Shown: positions 1 to 11,400, counted from the stretch's first letter. The stretch: 64,000 bases of DNA from Cyanobacteria bacterium J06626_4 (GCA_038523235.1 JBCBJQ010000018.1:1-64000); one strand, 5' to 3'. A program made the numbers and translations. The notes: generated by a model not told the origin, from the sequence alone.

Positions 1-676
1 GACAGAACTTGGCTTGCTTGAACGGCAACCCTTTTTTTATGGATACAATAATTAAGCCCACAGATCTAAGTACAGCTTCTAGAAGCCCAGCTAAAGCAAA
101 TACAGTCAAGGGTAATTTAAAAGCGATCAATCCTAATCTAAACGTTGCAAACAAGATAAATGTTGTACTAGTTACGAGTGCGGTGTATTTTGATTGAGTT
201 CTTGATTGAAACCAGAAGTCAACAGTGTCTGATGGTTTAAAGAAGAGAATTGAGGCTGTAATACAAATCAACCAGTGGACTTGCGATCTGTCTGGAAAAA
301 TAAAGAGGTAGCTGACATAAATCGTTAATAGCCAAGCAATAATGCTTCCACCCGTCTTCAAGATAAACGTTGTCCCGAGAATGCTTGCCTGCCGCTCGGA
401 ATGGTTCACAAGCTCACGAACTACGATGCTGTCCAACCCCAAAGCAGCGATAACACCGAAGATCGATACAAAGGCAATGGCATAGTTAAACAACCCAAAT
501 TGACTAGGGCCAAGATAACGAGCAACTAGCATACCGACGACTAGTTCTAATCCCATCCGGAGTAGGCGATCTACGAATAACCAGCTAATATTGCTAAGGA
601 TTTTTCTGTGCTGATATTTTTTGTCCAGTTCGGAAATCAGTAATTTAGGCAGCAGTTGAATCCAATTTTGATTCAT
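1..676 (-). CDS. Polysaccharide flippase (Wzx/MATE-like), 5' part only; runs off the left edge
   Basis: Not in the ORF track. Manual translation from ATG at 676: MNQNWIQLLPKLLISELDKKYQHRKILSNISWLFVDRLLRMGLELVVGMLVARYLGPSQFGLFNYAIAFVSIFGVIAALGLDSIVVRELV. The 'ARYLGP..FG' and 'LGL..IVVRE' patterns are typical of flippase N-termini. DNA is AT-richer than its neighbours. Confidence 0.85.
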   Translation of the reverse strand, partial: MNQNWIQLLPKLLISELDKKYQHRKILSNISWLFVDRLLRMGLELVVGMLVARYLGPSQFGLFNYAIAFVSIFGVIAALGLDSIVVRELVNHSERQASILGTTFILKTGGSIIAWLLTIYVSYLFIFPDRSQVHWLICITASILFFKPSDTVDFWFQSRTQSKYTALVTSTTFILFATFRLGLIAFKLPLTVFALAGLLEAVLRSVGLIIVSIKKGLPFKQAKFC

Positions 677-945
677 AGCGATCGTTGGCCGACAGTTCAG
701 CTCGGTTTTCCGGTCACGTTAGGTCTAGGCATTATTTTCAAGTCATTCAAGATATCTGCACCTTATACAAGCGTAAGCGCGATTCTGTGACAGCATATTC
801 GACACGTAAAACCATCTACAGGAATCATACCCAGCGATTTATTTGAGCCATCACTCAGCAGAGACACTCCATATCTGAAGCACATGAACGTTCAGAAAGG
901 ACAAATTCGCTTAGAATCCGTTTGCTGGAAGACTCATCCACTAAC

Positions 946-1911
946 TTAAGCACTCATGCGCAGCATGGCTTCGATGGGTTTTAAGGCTGCGACTCGAATT
1001 GCTTCTGGCATCGTAATCTCAGGCTGGCGATTTTTCATCGCGAGATACAGCTTCTCCAGCGTGTTTAACCGCATGTGCGGGCACTCATTACAGGCGCAGT
1101 TCCCCGTCGATGGAGCGGGAATAAACTCTTTGCCGGGTACCTGCTTGGCCATCTGGTGAATGATGCCGGGTTCAGTCACGACAATGAACTGGGCGCGATC
1201 GCTCGTTTTGACATAGTTCAGCAGTGCTGTCGTCGATCCCACAAAATCGGCCTGCTGCAGCACCGGCTCCTCACATTCGGGGTGAGCGATGATTTCTGCT
1301 TGGGGATGCGCGACTTTGAGCTGCACCAGTTTCTTCTCAGAAAACGTTTCATGCACCATGCAGCTGCCTTGCCACAGCACCAAGTCGCGCCCGGTTTGCT
1401 GCATCACATAACGGCCTAGATTTTTATCCGGGGCAAAAATAATGGGTTGACTGGCGGGAATTTGCTCGATCAGCCTGACGGCGTTGGAGCTGGTGCAGAT
1501 GACATCGCTCATCGCCTTGATTTCAGCGGAGCAGTTGATATAAGACACCACAATGTGGTCGGGATGCCGTTGCTTAAACGCGGCGAATTGCTCGGGGGGG
1601 CAGGTATCAGCCAGCGAGCACCCGGCATTGAGATCGGGTAGCAAAACCAGTTTATTGGGGTTCAGAATTTTGGCAGTTTCAGCCATAAAGTGCACCCCGG
1701 CAAACACGATCACCTCGGCATCGGTTGCAGCAGCCTGACGAGAGAGGCCCAGGGAATCGCCGATATAGTCCGCCACATCTTGAATATCCGGCTCTTGGTA
1801 GTAGTGTGCCAAAATTACGGCATTTAGCTCTCGTTTAAGCTCTGAGATCGCTTCAAACAGGTCGAACGGCAAGTTGGAGTTGGTAGGTTTGGGCAGAACG
1901 TTAGTGAACAC
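946..1911 (-). CDS. nadA: Quinolinate synthase A
   Basis: Motifs [46 protein letters not shown] and CPHM (Fe-S cysteines). Confidence 0.97.
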   Translation of the reverse strand: MFTNVLPKPTNSNLPFDLFEAISELKRELNAVILAHYYQEPDIQDVADYIGDSLGLSRQAAATDAEVIVFAGVHFMAETAKILNPNKLVLLPDLNAGCSLADTCPPEQFAAFKQRHPDHIVVSYINCSAEIKAMSDVICTSSNAVRLIEQIPASQPIIFAPDKNLGRYVMQQTGRDLVLWQGSCMVHETFSEKKLVQLKVAHPQAEIIAHPECEEPVLQQADFVGSTTALLNYVKTSDRAQFIVVTEPGIIHQMAKQVPGKEFIPAPSTGNCACNECPHMRLNTLEKLYLAMKNRQPEITMPEAIRVAALKPIEAMLRMSA

Positions 1912-2330
1912 GGCAGTTACTTTTGGTGAAACGAAAGAATCAGCAAGGTTTTAATTATAGTCATTTTCACCAAAAATGTATTTGCTGGCCCTTCACGATC
2001 GCCGTCAGGCGATGGCTGGCGATGGCTGGCGATGAGAATATCGCGCCGGGGTGGAGTTACGGCAGCCATCGCGCTGTCCTTGCAAAATCGCTTGACCGGT
2101 TACGGTTCGGCATCACTGCGGTTGGCTTGATGGTGGTGGCGGCAATGGCCCGTCACGCGATCGCGACGCTCTAAACGATAAAGTCACCTGTTTCACAATC
2201 GCCGCATCTTAGATACTTTCAGCCCCTCTCTATGGCCAAGAGGGGCTGATTCGTGGGGCTTCCTATCAGGCAGCCCACGGTTGCAAAAGCGGTCGATGAC
2301 AAACGCGAGACAAAAAACAGGTACAACGCA

Positions 2331-2362
2331 AAAAGCGGCACTGCTGATTAGCAGTGCCGCTT
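2331..2362 (-). terminator. Rho-independent terminator downstream of psbK
   Basis: Perfect stem aagcggcactgct-gatt-agcagtgccgctt; the adjacent + strand A-run reads as a U-tract on the minus strand. Confidence 0.8.
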
Positions 2363-2394
2363 AAGATGACTCGTATGGGCAGGCAATGCGGTGC

Positions 2395-2532
2395 TTATCG
2401 GAAGCCAATCGCGGCCTGCCAGACAAACGCTAGGAGCAAGAAGAACACTGGAATTACGGGCAGCACATCCACTAGGGGATCAAACAGTGAATAGGCTTCG
2501 GGCAGCTTGGCTAGCAGCAGGACAGCTTCCAT
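2395..2532 (-). CDS. psbK: Photosystem II reaction centre protein K
   Basis: Below the ORF-track cutoff. Manual translation [45 protein letters not shown] (45 aa) with a GAGG RBS upstream; next to tgt as usual in cyanobacteria. Confidence 0.98.
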   Translation of the reverse strand: MEAVLLLAKLPEAYSLFDPLVDVLPVIPVFFLLLAFVWQAAIGFR

Positions 2533-2612
2533 AATTGAAATAACCTCTTCAACACAGTTCTCATAATTGCCATGAATTGTAACACGCTACCCTGTCTCTC
2601 TCACCCGCCAAC

Positions 2613-3722
2613 TCAAGTCTTTGGGGTTAACCAAGCCCCAAATTCTTCGACAAAGCGATCGCCCAAAATGGCCGCGCGAATTCGCTGGGTAAACCGCACC
2701 AGCTCCGTAAGGTTGTGAATTGATAGCAGGGTGTGGGCCAGGGTTTCGCGGGCATGCACCAGATGACAGAGGTAAGCTCGGCTAAAGGTGCGGCAGGTGT
2801 AGCAGTCGCAGGTTTCATCGAGGGCCGCCAGATCCTGACGGAATCGAGCGTTTTTCAAATTCCAACGCTCGCCCTGCACAATCGCCGTCCCATGGCGGGC
2901 TAACCGGGTAGGAATCACGCAGTCAAACAAATCCATGCCCGCAGCGATCGCCTGCACCATTTCGCGATGGGTGCCCACGCCCATCAGATAGCGCGGCTTT
3001 TCCGGCGGCAGCAGCGGCGTGGTGGCCTGCACAATTTTTTCGATTAGTTCCGGCGGCTCACCCACACTGACGCCGCCAATGGCATAACCTGGGAGATCAA
3101 GCGTCGTCAACGCCGCCGCCGCTTGGGCACGCAAATCGGGATAAACGCCCCCTTGCACAATGCCAAAGAGGGCCTGATCAGGACGCTGATGGGCGGCGAT
3201 ACAGCGCTTGAGCCAACGATAGGTGCGATCAGTCGCCACCTCAACAGCCTCACGACTGGCCGGATAGGGTGGGCATTCGTCAAAGGCCATGATCACATCG
3301 GCCCCGAGCGCGTTTTGAATGCGAATCGATTCCTCTGGCGTCATATTAATGATGCGGCCATCGCGGGGCGATCGAAACTTCACCCCGGCTTCAGAAATCG
3401 TCCGCATTTCGCTCAAACTAAAAACCTGAAAACCGCCGGAGTCGGTCAGCATGGGGCCGGGCCAGCCCATAAATTGATGCACCCCGCCTGCCGCCGCAAC
3501 CAAAGCCTCGCCGGGCTGCAAATGTAGATGGTAGGTATTGGCCAGCACCATCTGGGCTCCCGTAGCCTGCAGTTGGTCAGGCGTCACGGTTTTGACGTTA
3601 GCCAAGGTGCCAACAGGCATAAATCGTGGGGTCTCAACCAGGCCGTGGGGCGTCTGAAAACAGCCAGCGCGGGCCGCTGTATGGCGGCAGCAAGCCTCAA
3701 TCTGATATGCAAATTTGCTCAA
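2613..3722 (-). CDS. tgt: tRNA-guanine(34) transglycosylase
   Basis: [43 protein letters not shown] and Zn site CDCYTC...HN. Confidence 0.97.
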   Translation of the reverse strand: MSKFAYQIEACCRHTAARAGCFQTPHGLVETPRFMPVGTLANVKTVTPDQLQATGAQMVLANTYHLHLQPGEALVAAAGGVHQFMGWPGPMLTDSGGFQVFSLSEMRTISEAGVKFRSPRDGRIINMTPEESIRIQNALGADVIMAFDECPPYPASREAVEVATDRTYRWLKRCIAAHQRPDQALFGIVQGGVYPDLRAQAAAALTTLDLPGYAIGGVSVGEPPELIEKIVQATTPLLPPEKPRYLMGVGTHREMVQAIAAGMDLFDCVIPTRLARHGTAIVQGERWNLKNARFRQDLAALDETCDCYTCRTFSRAYLCHLVHARETLAHTLLSIHNLTELVRFTQRIRAAILGDRFVEEFGAWLTPKT

Positions 3723-3749
3723 TACTCAGGTCTCCAGCGGGCTGGTGGC

Positions 3750-4202
3750 TTAGGCCAACGGCCCGTCATCATCGAGACAGGCATCCCAACTGGCAGAGAG
3801 GGCTTCAGCGACGATCGCTTCCAAGTCTACCGGGTCGATGTTGCGAGTCGCTTGCTCTTTGATGGGGGTCGTCAACGGCACCAGTTGTAAGCAACGGTTT
3901 TCTTGAACCAACCTAAAGCAGGCTTGGTCACCGGGCAACTTTTCGAGTTGAATGTAGTCAAAGCTATAGACATTGAGATATAGGCTTTGATTCGCCACCA
4001 ACGTCGAGAGGCCAGGTTCTGCAAAGACATCCATGATGTAGCCAGTACCTTTGCTCATCACGTCTTCTGCGTGAATGTCGGTATAGGCCACCTCCCCCAA
4101 ATCATTGAGTAGCCGCACCATATCGGTCTTATTCACCACAATGCCATGATCGACCAGGCAGGGTGCAGGCAGATGAGAGGAGCCAGCAGAATCGTGGTTC
4201 AT
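3750..4202 (-). CDS. Hypothetical protein, probably conserved in cyanobacteria
   Basis: ORF 3750..4247; ATG at 4202 (MNHDSAG) preferred. Protein-like composition, co-oriented just upstream of tgt. Confidence 0.75.
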   Translation of the reverse strand: MNHDSAGSSHLPAPCLVDHGIVVNKTDMVRLLNDLGEVAYTDIHAEDVMSKGTGYIMDVFAEPGLSTLVANQSLYLNVYSFDYIQLEKLPGDQACFRLVQENRCLQLVPLTTPIKEQATRNIDPVDLEAIVAEALSASWDACLDDDGPLA

Positions 4203-4622
4203 AGGACTGTCACAAAAGCAAACTTCGACTCCGCCAACGCCCAACAATCAGGGGGTTCGTCGGAGGTCTATATCCACGATAATCGATCATCCGAGATCGA
4301 AGTTCAGGAGTAGGACGGTTTTCTCAAATTGAGTCGATCAAACCCGCTCAAAAGCTTTGTAAAAATCGCCACAAGCGTCTGCTCATGAGCACTTGGCCGA
4401 TTTGACTGCGGGCCTGATCGACTGTGGCAGCTGGACTTTGAAGCCCCGCAAAACCAGGCTTTGGGTCGTCAGAAAATCTGTTATGAAAGTTGGCAATTTC
4501 TCGGCCTGAATTTTCCCATGGCTATATATCGGCGCAACCTTAGGCCTTAGCTACCAGCACCACGCTACATCTAGTAGTGATGAGAAAAGCGCGATGATAG
4601 AGAAGCCCTGAACTCGCGCCCT

Positions 4623-5435
4623 ATGATGTCTGACTTCTCTCCCCCGCCAGCGCCCCCTGACCCACCCCGATGGCAACGTTGGGGCGCTCAACTGATCGGC
4701 GCAGTGACTTTTTATACCGCAATTCCCATCCCACAACACTGGCCGATGCAGTTTGAGGGCATTGCTCGCTATGCGCCGCTAGTCGGGCTCGGCATTGGAG
4801 CCCTGCTGGCAGGGGCAGACACCCTGCTGGCGGCGATCGCCCTGCCAATGGCAACTCGCTGCGGCCTACTCGTGGCGCTGTGGCTGCTGATTACCGGCGG
4901 TCTGCATCTTGATGGCGCGATGGACACGGCGGATGGTCTAGCGGTACCCGACCGCCAGCGGCGACTGGCGGTCATGGCCGATAGCCACAGTGGCGCATTT
5001 GGCGTGATGACGGCGATTGTATTGCTGGGGTTAAAAGGCGTCTGCTTGTTCGATTTAGAGACCATGCGATGGTTTGCCCTGCTGGCCGCCACCGGCTGGA
5101 GCCGCTGGGGACAGGTGGTGGCGATCGCCCGCTATCCCTATCTCAAGCGAGACGGCAAAGGGGCCTTTCACAAAGCACATGCTCAGGCCAAAACGGACTG
5201 GCTGGTGGGTCTGACGGCGCTGCTCGGCCTCACGGGCGTGACGGGATGGCTATATCCCGAGCAGGGTCCATGGCTGGTGGGTACGGTTCTGGGCGGTGGG
5301 ACGATCGCGCTGCTCACCGGGGGTTGGTTTAGTGGCCAGCTCAGGGGTCAAACTGGCGATACCTATGGCGCGATTGTGGAATGGACGGAGGCCTTGCTGC
5401 TGTGTCTGATGGTGGGCCTGCAGGGGCTGTTGTAA
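4623..5435 (+). CDS. cobS: Adenosylcobinamide-GDP ribazoletransferase (cobalamin synthase)
   Basis: TGGLHLDGAMDTADGL, MADSHSGAFG and GQTGDTYGA; polytopic membrane protein. Confidence 0.96.
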   Translation: MMSDFSPPPAPPDPPRWQRWGAQLIGAVTFYTAIPIPQHWPMQFEGIARYAPLVGLGIGALLAGADTLLAAIALPMATRCGLLVALWLLITGGLHLDGAMDTADGLAVPDRQRRLAVMADSHSGAFGVMTAIVLLGLKGVCLFDLETMRWFALLAATGWSRWGQVVAIARYPYLKRDGKGAFHKAHAQAKTDWLVGLTALLGLTGVTGWLYPEQGPWLVGTVLGGGTIALLTGGWFSGQLRGQTGDTYGAIVEWTEALLLCLMVGLQGLL

Positions 5436-5687
5436 GCCACACCGCTCTAGTTAAAGACGACGGCAGCGTCGCAGTGCCCAAGTTCTCAGGGCGAGATAGC
5501 CAAAGTCAATCTCTGGTCACGGTGGGGCTCAACCCCCTCCCAAAGGCATGGTCATGCGAAGGTTTACTCGTCACTCGCTGCCCCCCACCTTCCACTCCAA
5601 TAGCGAGTGCCGACCAGTGCCACATCGTCTTAATGGCGTCGCTATAGTGGGACAGTATGTTTCCTGGCAGTTGGTAACCTCGCGTTT

Positions 5688-7052
5688 ATGCAGATTCCGG
5701 TGTTTGGCAAAGTGCGCCGTCCGCTCCCTTGGCTCTTGGGGGTGATCGCGCTCGGCGCCATTGGCGTGGGGGTCATTGGGATAGGGGTCACCCGCAGTCG
5801 CGGTCCCGCCTACGATGTCGAGGCCCTGACGGTTCCGGTCGCTGAGACGGCCCTGACCGTGCGCATTACGGCCAGCGGCACCGTCGAACCGGTGCAAACG
5901 GTGAACCTCAGCCCTAAAACTTCAGGCATTTTAGAAAATTTGTTGGTGGAGCAGGGCGATCGCGTCACCGCCGGACAAGTCATCGCCCAGATGGAAAATG
6001 ATGACGTCGCGGCCCAAATCCGCCTACGCGAGGCGGCGGTTGCCGAAGCAGCAGCGCAGCTGGAGGATGTGCGGCGGGGCAACAATCAAGAGGCGATCGC
6101 CCAAGCCGCCGCCGCCGTTGATACGGCTGCGGCCCAGGTCAGCGATGCCGCTGCGCGGCTCGACCTGGCCCAGGCCCAGCTAGCGCGCAATCGCAGCCTC
6201 GCCACCCAGGGGGCGATCTCGCAGAATGAGCTGGATACCTTTGTGCAGGGCGTGCGCAGTGCCGAAGCAGCATTAGACACGGCGCAGTCGCAACGGCGGG
6301 AAGCAGCAGAGCGACTAGCCGATTTGCAGAATGATCCCCGTCCTGAAGAGATTGCCCAGGCAGAGGCCCGGCTGGCGCAGGCCCAGGCGCAGCTAGAGGC
6401 GACCCAGGTGCAGTTTGATGACACCCAACTGCAAGCGCCCTTTGCGGGCATCGTGACGCAAAAGTTTGCCAACGAAGGGGCCTTTGTCACCCCCACAACG
6501 TCGGCCTCGGATGCCACCTCGGCCACCTCCACCGCCATTGTGGCGATTGCCAGCGACTTAGAGGTGTTGGCCGAGGTGCCCGAAGCCGATATTTCCCAAA
6601 TTCGTCCGGGGCAGACGGTGGAAGTGGTAGCAGATGCCTTTCCTGATGAGGTGTTTCAGGGTCAGGTGCGGCTGATCGCCCCCGAGGCGATCGAGCGCCA
6701 AAATGTCACCCTCTTTCAAATTCGGATTGAGCTGCTGGCCGGGCAGGAAATTCTGCGCTCCAACATGAACGTGACGGTGGCGTTTATTGGGGATGAACTC
6801 GCCGATGCCCTGGTGGTGCCTACCGTGGCCATCGTCACCCAGGAGGGCCAGTCAGGCGTCTTGGTGCCCGGCGATCGCGATCGCATCCGCTTTCGTTCAG
6901 TCACCTTGGGCTCTCAGGCCGGTGATCAGATTCAAATTTTGGAGGGCGTAGATGAGGGCGATCGCGTCTTTGTCGATTTGCCCCCAGGCACCACGCTCGA
7001 AAATCTCACCTTTGGCCGCGGCAGCGACACCGACGATACTGAGACCGAATAG
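5688..7052 (+). CDS. Efflux periplasmic adaptor subunit (HlyD/MacA-like)
   Basis: N-terminal TM, lipoyl half-motifs (VEQGDRVTAGQVIA; LQAPFAGIV), long Ala/Gln coiled-coil hairpin, C-terminal GVDEGDRV. Confidence 0.92.
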   Translation: MQIPVFGKVRRPLPWLLGVIALGAIGVGVIGIGVTRSRGPAYDVEALTVPVAETALTVRITASGTVEPVQTVNLSPKTSGILENLLVEQGDRVTAGQVIAQMENDDVAAQIRLREAAVAEAAAQLEDVRRGNNQEAIAQAAAAVDTAAAQVSDAAARLDLAQAQLARNRSLATQGAISQNELDTFVQGVRSAEAALDTAQSQRREAAERLADLQNDPRPEEIAQAEARLAQAQAQLEATQVQFDDTQLQAPFAGIVTQKFANEGAFVTPTTSASDATSATSTAIVAIASDLEVLAEVPEADISQIRPGQTVEVVADAFPDEVFQGQVRLIAPEAIERQNVTLFQIRIELLAGQEILRSNMNVTVAFIGDELADALVVPTVAIVTQEGQSGVLVPGDRDRIRFRSVTLGSQAGDQIQILEGVDEGDRVFVDLPPGTTLENLTFGRGSDTDDTETE

Positions 7053-7224
7053 GCCGAGAGCTGAGCCATCCCTACCCTTGGCGACCTGGTTCAGTGCTGG
7101 GGCATGAAGAGATGTGTCAAATTTGGCACATCCCTGTTTCAACAGTGACGCTCGCAATCAAGTTGACCTCTCCAATTAGCCGCCATTTCACGGGCGTTCT
7201 TACCTGCAGTTCAATGTCCGTGCC

Positions 7225-7267
7225 GTAACAGATGAAACTTTTCTAATGGAGAGTTTTGTCATAAGGT
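7225..7267 (+). promoter_or_regulatory. Candidate NtcA-activated promoter of the amino-acid ABC operon
   Basis: GTA-acagatga-AAC (7225-7238, one mismatch to GTA-N8-TAC) followed after 23 nt by the TAN3T hexamer TAAGGT (7262-7267). Confidence 0.4.
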
Positions 7268-7492
7268 GCTAAAAATCCTTGGGTTATTGCAAGTACCTAA
7301 GAGATGATTTGAGCCCCGATTGCGATTGGTTGCGAGCGATTACCGTATCAGGTTTAGCCTTTTCCCTTGGTGCCGCGCCCCCATTCAGGGGGTATTGGAA
7401 GGAGCAGGTAAGTGTGATTTCGCTATCGTTTTTGTCCCTTGAGCCTAGGGCTGCTACGCCTTTTCCCCGTTCCCTGATGGAATCATGCATAG

Positions 7493-8671
7493 ATGGTTAG
7501 TAACTCCGGCGAGTCAAAAAAACTGAATTGGCAGCAACTGCTGCGGGACGATCGCTTTTGGAAGATTGCCTTTCAGGTGATTACTCTGGCCTTAGTCATT
7601 ATGACTCTGAGCTATTTTTTATTGAATTTGCGGGCCAACCTGGCCCAACAGGGGATCTCGTTTGGTTTTGGCTTTTTGTCGAACCAAGCTGGCTTTAGTA
7701 TTGGCGAAAGCGTCCTCGAATATCGGCCCAATGACCCCTACGGCAAGGCACTATTGGTCGGCCTAGTCAACACCATTACCCTGGTCATTGCTGGCATCAT
7801 CTTGGCCACCACGGCAGGCGTTTCAGCCGGTGTGGCCAGTTTTTCTAAAAACTGGCTGGTGCACAAAATCAGCCGCGCCTATGTCGGCCTCATCCGCAAC
7901 ATTCCGCTGCTGCTGCAGCTATTTTTTTGGTATTTCGCCGTCTATGGTCTGCTGCCCCGCCCTCAAGACCAGCTGAATCTCGGCAACGTGATCATTGGCA
8001 GTAATCGGGGCATTTATCTGCCCTGGCCGACCAGTAGTGGCTTTTTGGCCTGGCTGGCGGTGCTGGCGGCGCTGATCGTCGCCGCCTTTTTTGTCTGGCA
8101 GTGGCGCATCAAAGTCATCGTCGAACAGGGCGACACGGGCCAAAAGCAGCTGTTTGGGCTGATGGCGATCGGCCTAGTGGGTTTGGGGATTTTCCTGTTC
8201 GCCTTGGGCTGGCAGCCCCCCACGGTGCAAGAGGGGGGTGGCGCCACCGGCGGCCTACGGCTCTCGCGTGAATATGTGGCCGCCCTTACGGCACTGGTGT
8301 TTTACACCGGGGCCTTTATCGCTGAGATTGTGCGGGCAGGGATTCAATCGGTATCGCGGGGCCAATGGGAAGCCGCGCGATCGCTGGGCCTCGCCTCCGG
8401 CTTATCCATGCGCCTGGTAGTCTTTCCGCAAGCCCTGCGGGTGATTATTCCACCGTTGAACAGCGAGTTTATGAACCTCGCGAAAAACTCATCGCTGGCC
8501 TTTGCCGTGGCCTTTCCCGAGCTGTATTCCATCGCCAACACCACCTTTAACCAAACCGGCCGACCGATTGAGGTGTTCTTAATCCTCATGGCCACCTATT
8601 TGATCATCAACCTGATGATCACCCTCGGCATGAACACGTTGAACCAATCCGTCCAGTTCAAGGAACGTTAG
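7493..8671 (+). CDS. natG: Polar amino-acid ABC transporter permease (AapQ/NatG-like)
   Basis: RNIPLLLQLFFWY, EAA loop AEIVRAGIQSVSRGQWEAARSLGL, KNSSLA. Confidence 0.88.
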   Translation: MVSNSGESKKLNWQQLLRDDRFWKIAFQVITLALVIMTLSYFLLNLRANLAQQGISFGFGFLSNQAGFSIGESVLEYRPNDPYGKALLVGLVNTITLVIAGIILATTAGVSAGVASFSKNWLVHKISRAYVGLIRNIPLLLQLFFWYFAVYGLLPRPQDQLNLGNVIIGSNRGIYLPWPTSSGFLAWLAVLAALIVAAFFVWQWRIKVIVEQGDTGQKQLFGLMAIGLVGLGIFLFALGWQPPTVQEGGGATGGLRLSREYVAALTALVFYTGAFIAEIVRAGIQSVSRGQWEAARSLGLASGLSMRLVVFPQALRVIIPPLNSEFMNLAKNSSLAFAVAFPELYSIANTTFNQTGRPIEVFLILMATYLIINLMITLGMNTLNQSVQFKER

Positions 8672-8689
8672 TCTTGCTAGCCAATTCAT

Positions 8690-10330
8690 TTGTCATTTGC
8701 CCCGTTTTCTCTGACCCCAAACGATTCAGCCCTCGTGGCTAAGGATAATAGCCCTGTGAGTACCGTGAGCGATAGTCCTCCTCAGCAATCAGACTTTTCA
8801 TCTTTGAAAGGACGGCTGACCGTAGCCGCTGTGGTTGCTTTTCTATTGGGCATTGTCAGTCTTCTAGAGGCGTATCGGGTGTTTCCCCTCGAGGATATCC
8901 TGTTGCGACTGCCCTTCTTAGCCGAGGCCCCAGATCTCGATATCCTCTCTGTTATTAGAGGATTACCGGAAGTTGTTGAAGACAGCCAGCTAGTCTATTA
9001 CGCAGGCGGGCGCGGCGATGGCCTCAGACTGTTCGCGATTAGTAACGCCGTGGCTGGGTGGATCCGCACCATTCCGGTGGTGCTATTTGCGATCGCGGTT
9101 TTACTGGCAGTGCCTGGGTGGATTTTGCCCGGCATCTCGCCTCTGGAGCAATGGCGCGAAAAACAGGGAATTATCGGCACCCTCAAGAAAAACTTACTGG
9201 GCTCATTCTTTGATATTGGCTTCACGGTGGCAATCTTGATTGTCAGCTACCTGGCCATCCGAACCGCACTTTTCTGGGGCTTCCTCTTGGCTCAATGGGC
9301 CGCCATTCCAAACAACATCGGCCTGTTTATGACGGGCCTCTATCCGTCAGAGCAATACTGGCGCATCTGGCTTTTATCGGGCATTGTCTCCGCACTGGCG
9401 GGTCTTTCATGGGGTCTGCTGGCTCGTAATTTGCCCACTCTATTTAGCCGCAACGTCTTGATCGGCTTTGGGGTGGTGTGTGCGGGTTTTGTGCTGTTTC
9501 CCCCCACTCGCCCTAGCAGTCCCACGCTGTTGCTCATGGTCGCGATCGTCGCCGCGATGGCTTGGGCCGGACGCTTGATCGGTCGCCGCCAGCCGGGCCT
9601 CGGCAAATGGATCACGCTGCTCTGGTTTACCTCCTACCTTGTTGCCATTTGGCTGATTGGGGGGGGGCTGGGGCTGGCAAACGTCTCAACTAATGACTGG
9701 GGTGGCTTAGTTTTAACGCTGTTGATGGCCGTAAGCGGCATCGCGCTGTGTTTTCCGATTGGCGTGGCCTTGGCACTCGGTCGGCGCAGCAGTCTGCCGG
9801 TGGTCAAATGGTTATCGGTCGCCTACATTGAGCTGATTCGCGGCGTCCCGCTGATTGCCATTCTGTTTATGGGGCAGGTGATGATTCCGCTCTTTTTGCC
9901 CGAAGGGATGCGCCCTGACCGGGTGCTGCGCGCCGTGATTGGCCTGACGTTCTTTAGTGCTGCCTACCTGGCCGAAAACGTGCGAGCGGGCCTGCAGTCG
10001 GTGCCGCGTGGTCAGCAAGAGGCCGCTGCCTCCCTCGGACTCAACACGCCGCTGAGCCTGAGCCTGATTGTGCTGCCCCAAGCGCTAAAGACCGCGATTC
10101 CGGCAATTGTCGGTCAGTTTATTAGTTTGTTTCAAGACACCACGTTGCTGTCAATTGTCGGACTGGCGGAGCTGTTGGGCATCAGCCGCTCCATTTTGGC
10201 TAACCCCACCTATCTGGGGCGCTATGCCGAGGTTTACCTCTTTATTGGCATCCTGTACTGGTTCTTCTGCTATGCCATGTCCTTAGGCAGTCGTCGTATT
10301 GAGGAACTGCTGAACACGGATCACCGGTAA
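8690..10330 (+). CDS. natH: Polar amino-acid ABC transporter permease (AapM/NatH-like) with an extended N-terminal region; exact start uncertain
   Basis: WGGLVLTL, YIELIRGVPLI, AENVRAGLQSVPRGQQEAA, FQDTTL. Confidence 0.85.
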   Translation: MSFAPFSLTPNDSALVAKDNSPVSTVSDSPPQQSDFSSLKGRLTVAAVVAFLLGIVSLLEAYRVFPLEDILLRLPFLAEAPDLDILSVIRGLPEVVEDSQLVYYAGGRGDGLRLFAISNAVAGWIRTIPVVLFAIAVLLAVPGWILPGISPLEQWREKQGIIGTLKKNLLGSFFDIGFTVAILIVSYLAIRTALFWGFLLAQWAAIPNNIGLFMTGLYPSEQYWRIWLLSGIVSALAGLSWGLLARNLPTLFSRNVLIGFGVVCAGFVLFPPTRPSSPTLLLMVAIVAAMAWAGRLIGRRQPGLGKWITLLWFTSYLVAIWLIGGGLGLANVSTNDWGGLVLTLLMAVSGIALCFPIGVALALGRRSSLPVVKWLSVAYIELIRGVPLIAILFMGQVMIPLFLPEGMRPDRVLRAVIGLTFFSAAYLAENVRAGLQSVPRGQQEAAASLGLNTPLSLSLIVLPQALKTAIPAIVGQFISLFQDTTLLSIVGLAELLGISRSILANPTYLGRYAEVYLFIGILYWFFCYAMSLGSRRIEELLNTDHR

Positions 10331-10506
10331 CGGCGTGAACCCTCACCACTTCGTGTAACAGTTAACAGCCGCGATCGCCGAGATACGGATATCCTGTTGC
10401 ACAATGAAGTCATCTCATTGCTCAGCAGCTGCCCCCCGCCTTTGTCCGCGCTGGTTTGCCAGCTTTATTCACCCCTAGCCACTTAGCCATTTAGAGATAT
10501 AGACCC

Positions 10507-11286
10507 ATGACCCAGTTTCAAACTGAAACCGTTCCTGTTTCTGACAAAACCGGTGAACCCGTCATTGTCGCCACTGATGTCGAGAAATGGTACGACAACG
10601 GCTTCCACGTCCTCAAGGGCGTCAGCATGACGGTCTACAAGGGCGAAGTGCTGGTTGTCATGGGGCCGTCGGGCTCAGGCAAATCGACCTTCATTCGCAC
10701 CTTTAACGCGTTGGAACCCTACCAAAAGGGCAGCATTGAGGTTGACGGCATTGAGCTGGCCCACGACCTCAAAAACATTGAGGCCATCCGCCGAGAAGTG
10801 GGCATGGTGTTTCAACAGTTCAACCTGTTTCCCCATTTGACGGTGTTGCAAAACGTCACCCTAGCCCCGATTTGGGTGCGCCACTGGCCTAAGGCTAAAG
10901 CGCAAGAAGTGGCGATGCAGCTGTTAGAGCGGGTTGGCATTTTAGAGCAGGCGCAAAAGTTTCCTGGTCAGCTCTCGGGGGGGCAACAGCAACGGGTGGC
11001 GATCGCCCGCTCGCTGGCCATGCAGCCCAAGGTGATGCTGTTCGACGAGCCCACTTCGGCCCTTGACCCTGAAATGGTGCGGGAAGTGCTGGACGTCATG
11101 CGCACGCTGGCTACCGAGGGCATGACGATGGTCTGTGTGACGCACGAAGTCGGCTTTGCGCGAGAAGTTGCGGATCGCGTTGTGCTGATGGATGGTGGCT
11201 TCCTAGTGGAAGAGAACACCCCCGAGGCATTTTTCAACAATCCCCAAGAAGACCGCACCAAGAAGTTCCTCTCGCAAATTCTCTAA
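10507..11286 (+). CDS. Amino-acid ABC transporter ATP-binding protein (GlnQ/AapP-like)
   Basis: Walker [32 protein letters not shown], Walker [13 protein letters not shown]. Confidence 0.96.
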   Translation: MTQFQTETVPVSDKTGEPVIVATDVEKWYDNGFHVLKGVSMTVYKGEVLVVMGPSGSGKSTFIRTFNALEPYQKGSIEVDGIELAHDLKNIEAIRREVGMVFQQFNLFPHLTVLQNVTLAPIWVRHWPKAKAQEVAMQLLERVGILEQAQKFPGQLSGGQQQRVAIARSLAMQPKVMLFDEPTSALDPEMVREVLDVMRTLATEGMTMVCVTHEVGFAREVADRVVLMDGGFLVEENTPEAFFNNPQEDRTKKFLSQIL

Positions 11287-11400
11287 GCCGAGTCTCGAGA
11301 ATTTTGCCTGGTGGGGTCAGAACTCCTCAACTTCTCGCTAGCATGGGGGATGGCTGGGCCATGGTGCCGTAGCCTGACCTTTTTGCGGGCATTTTGCTGA

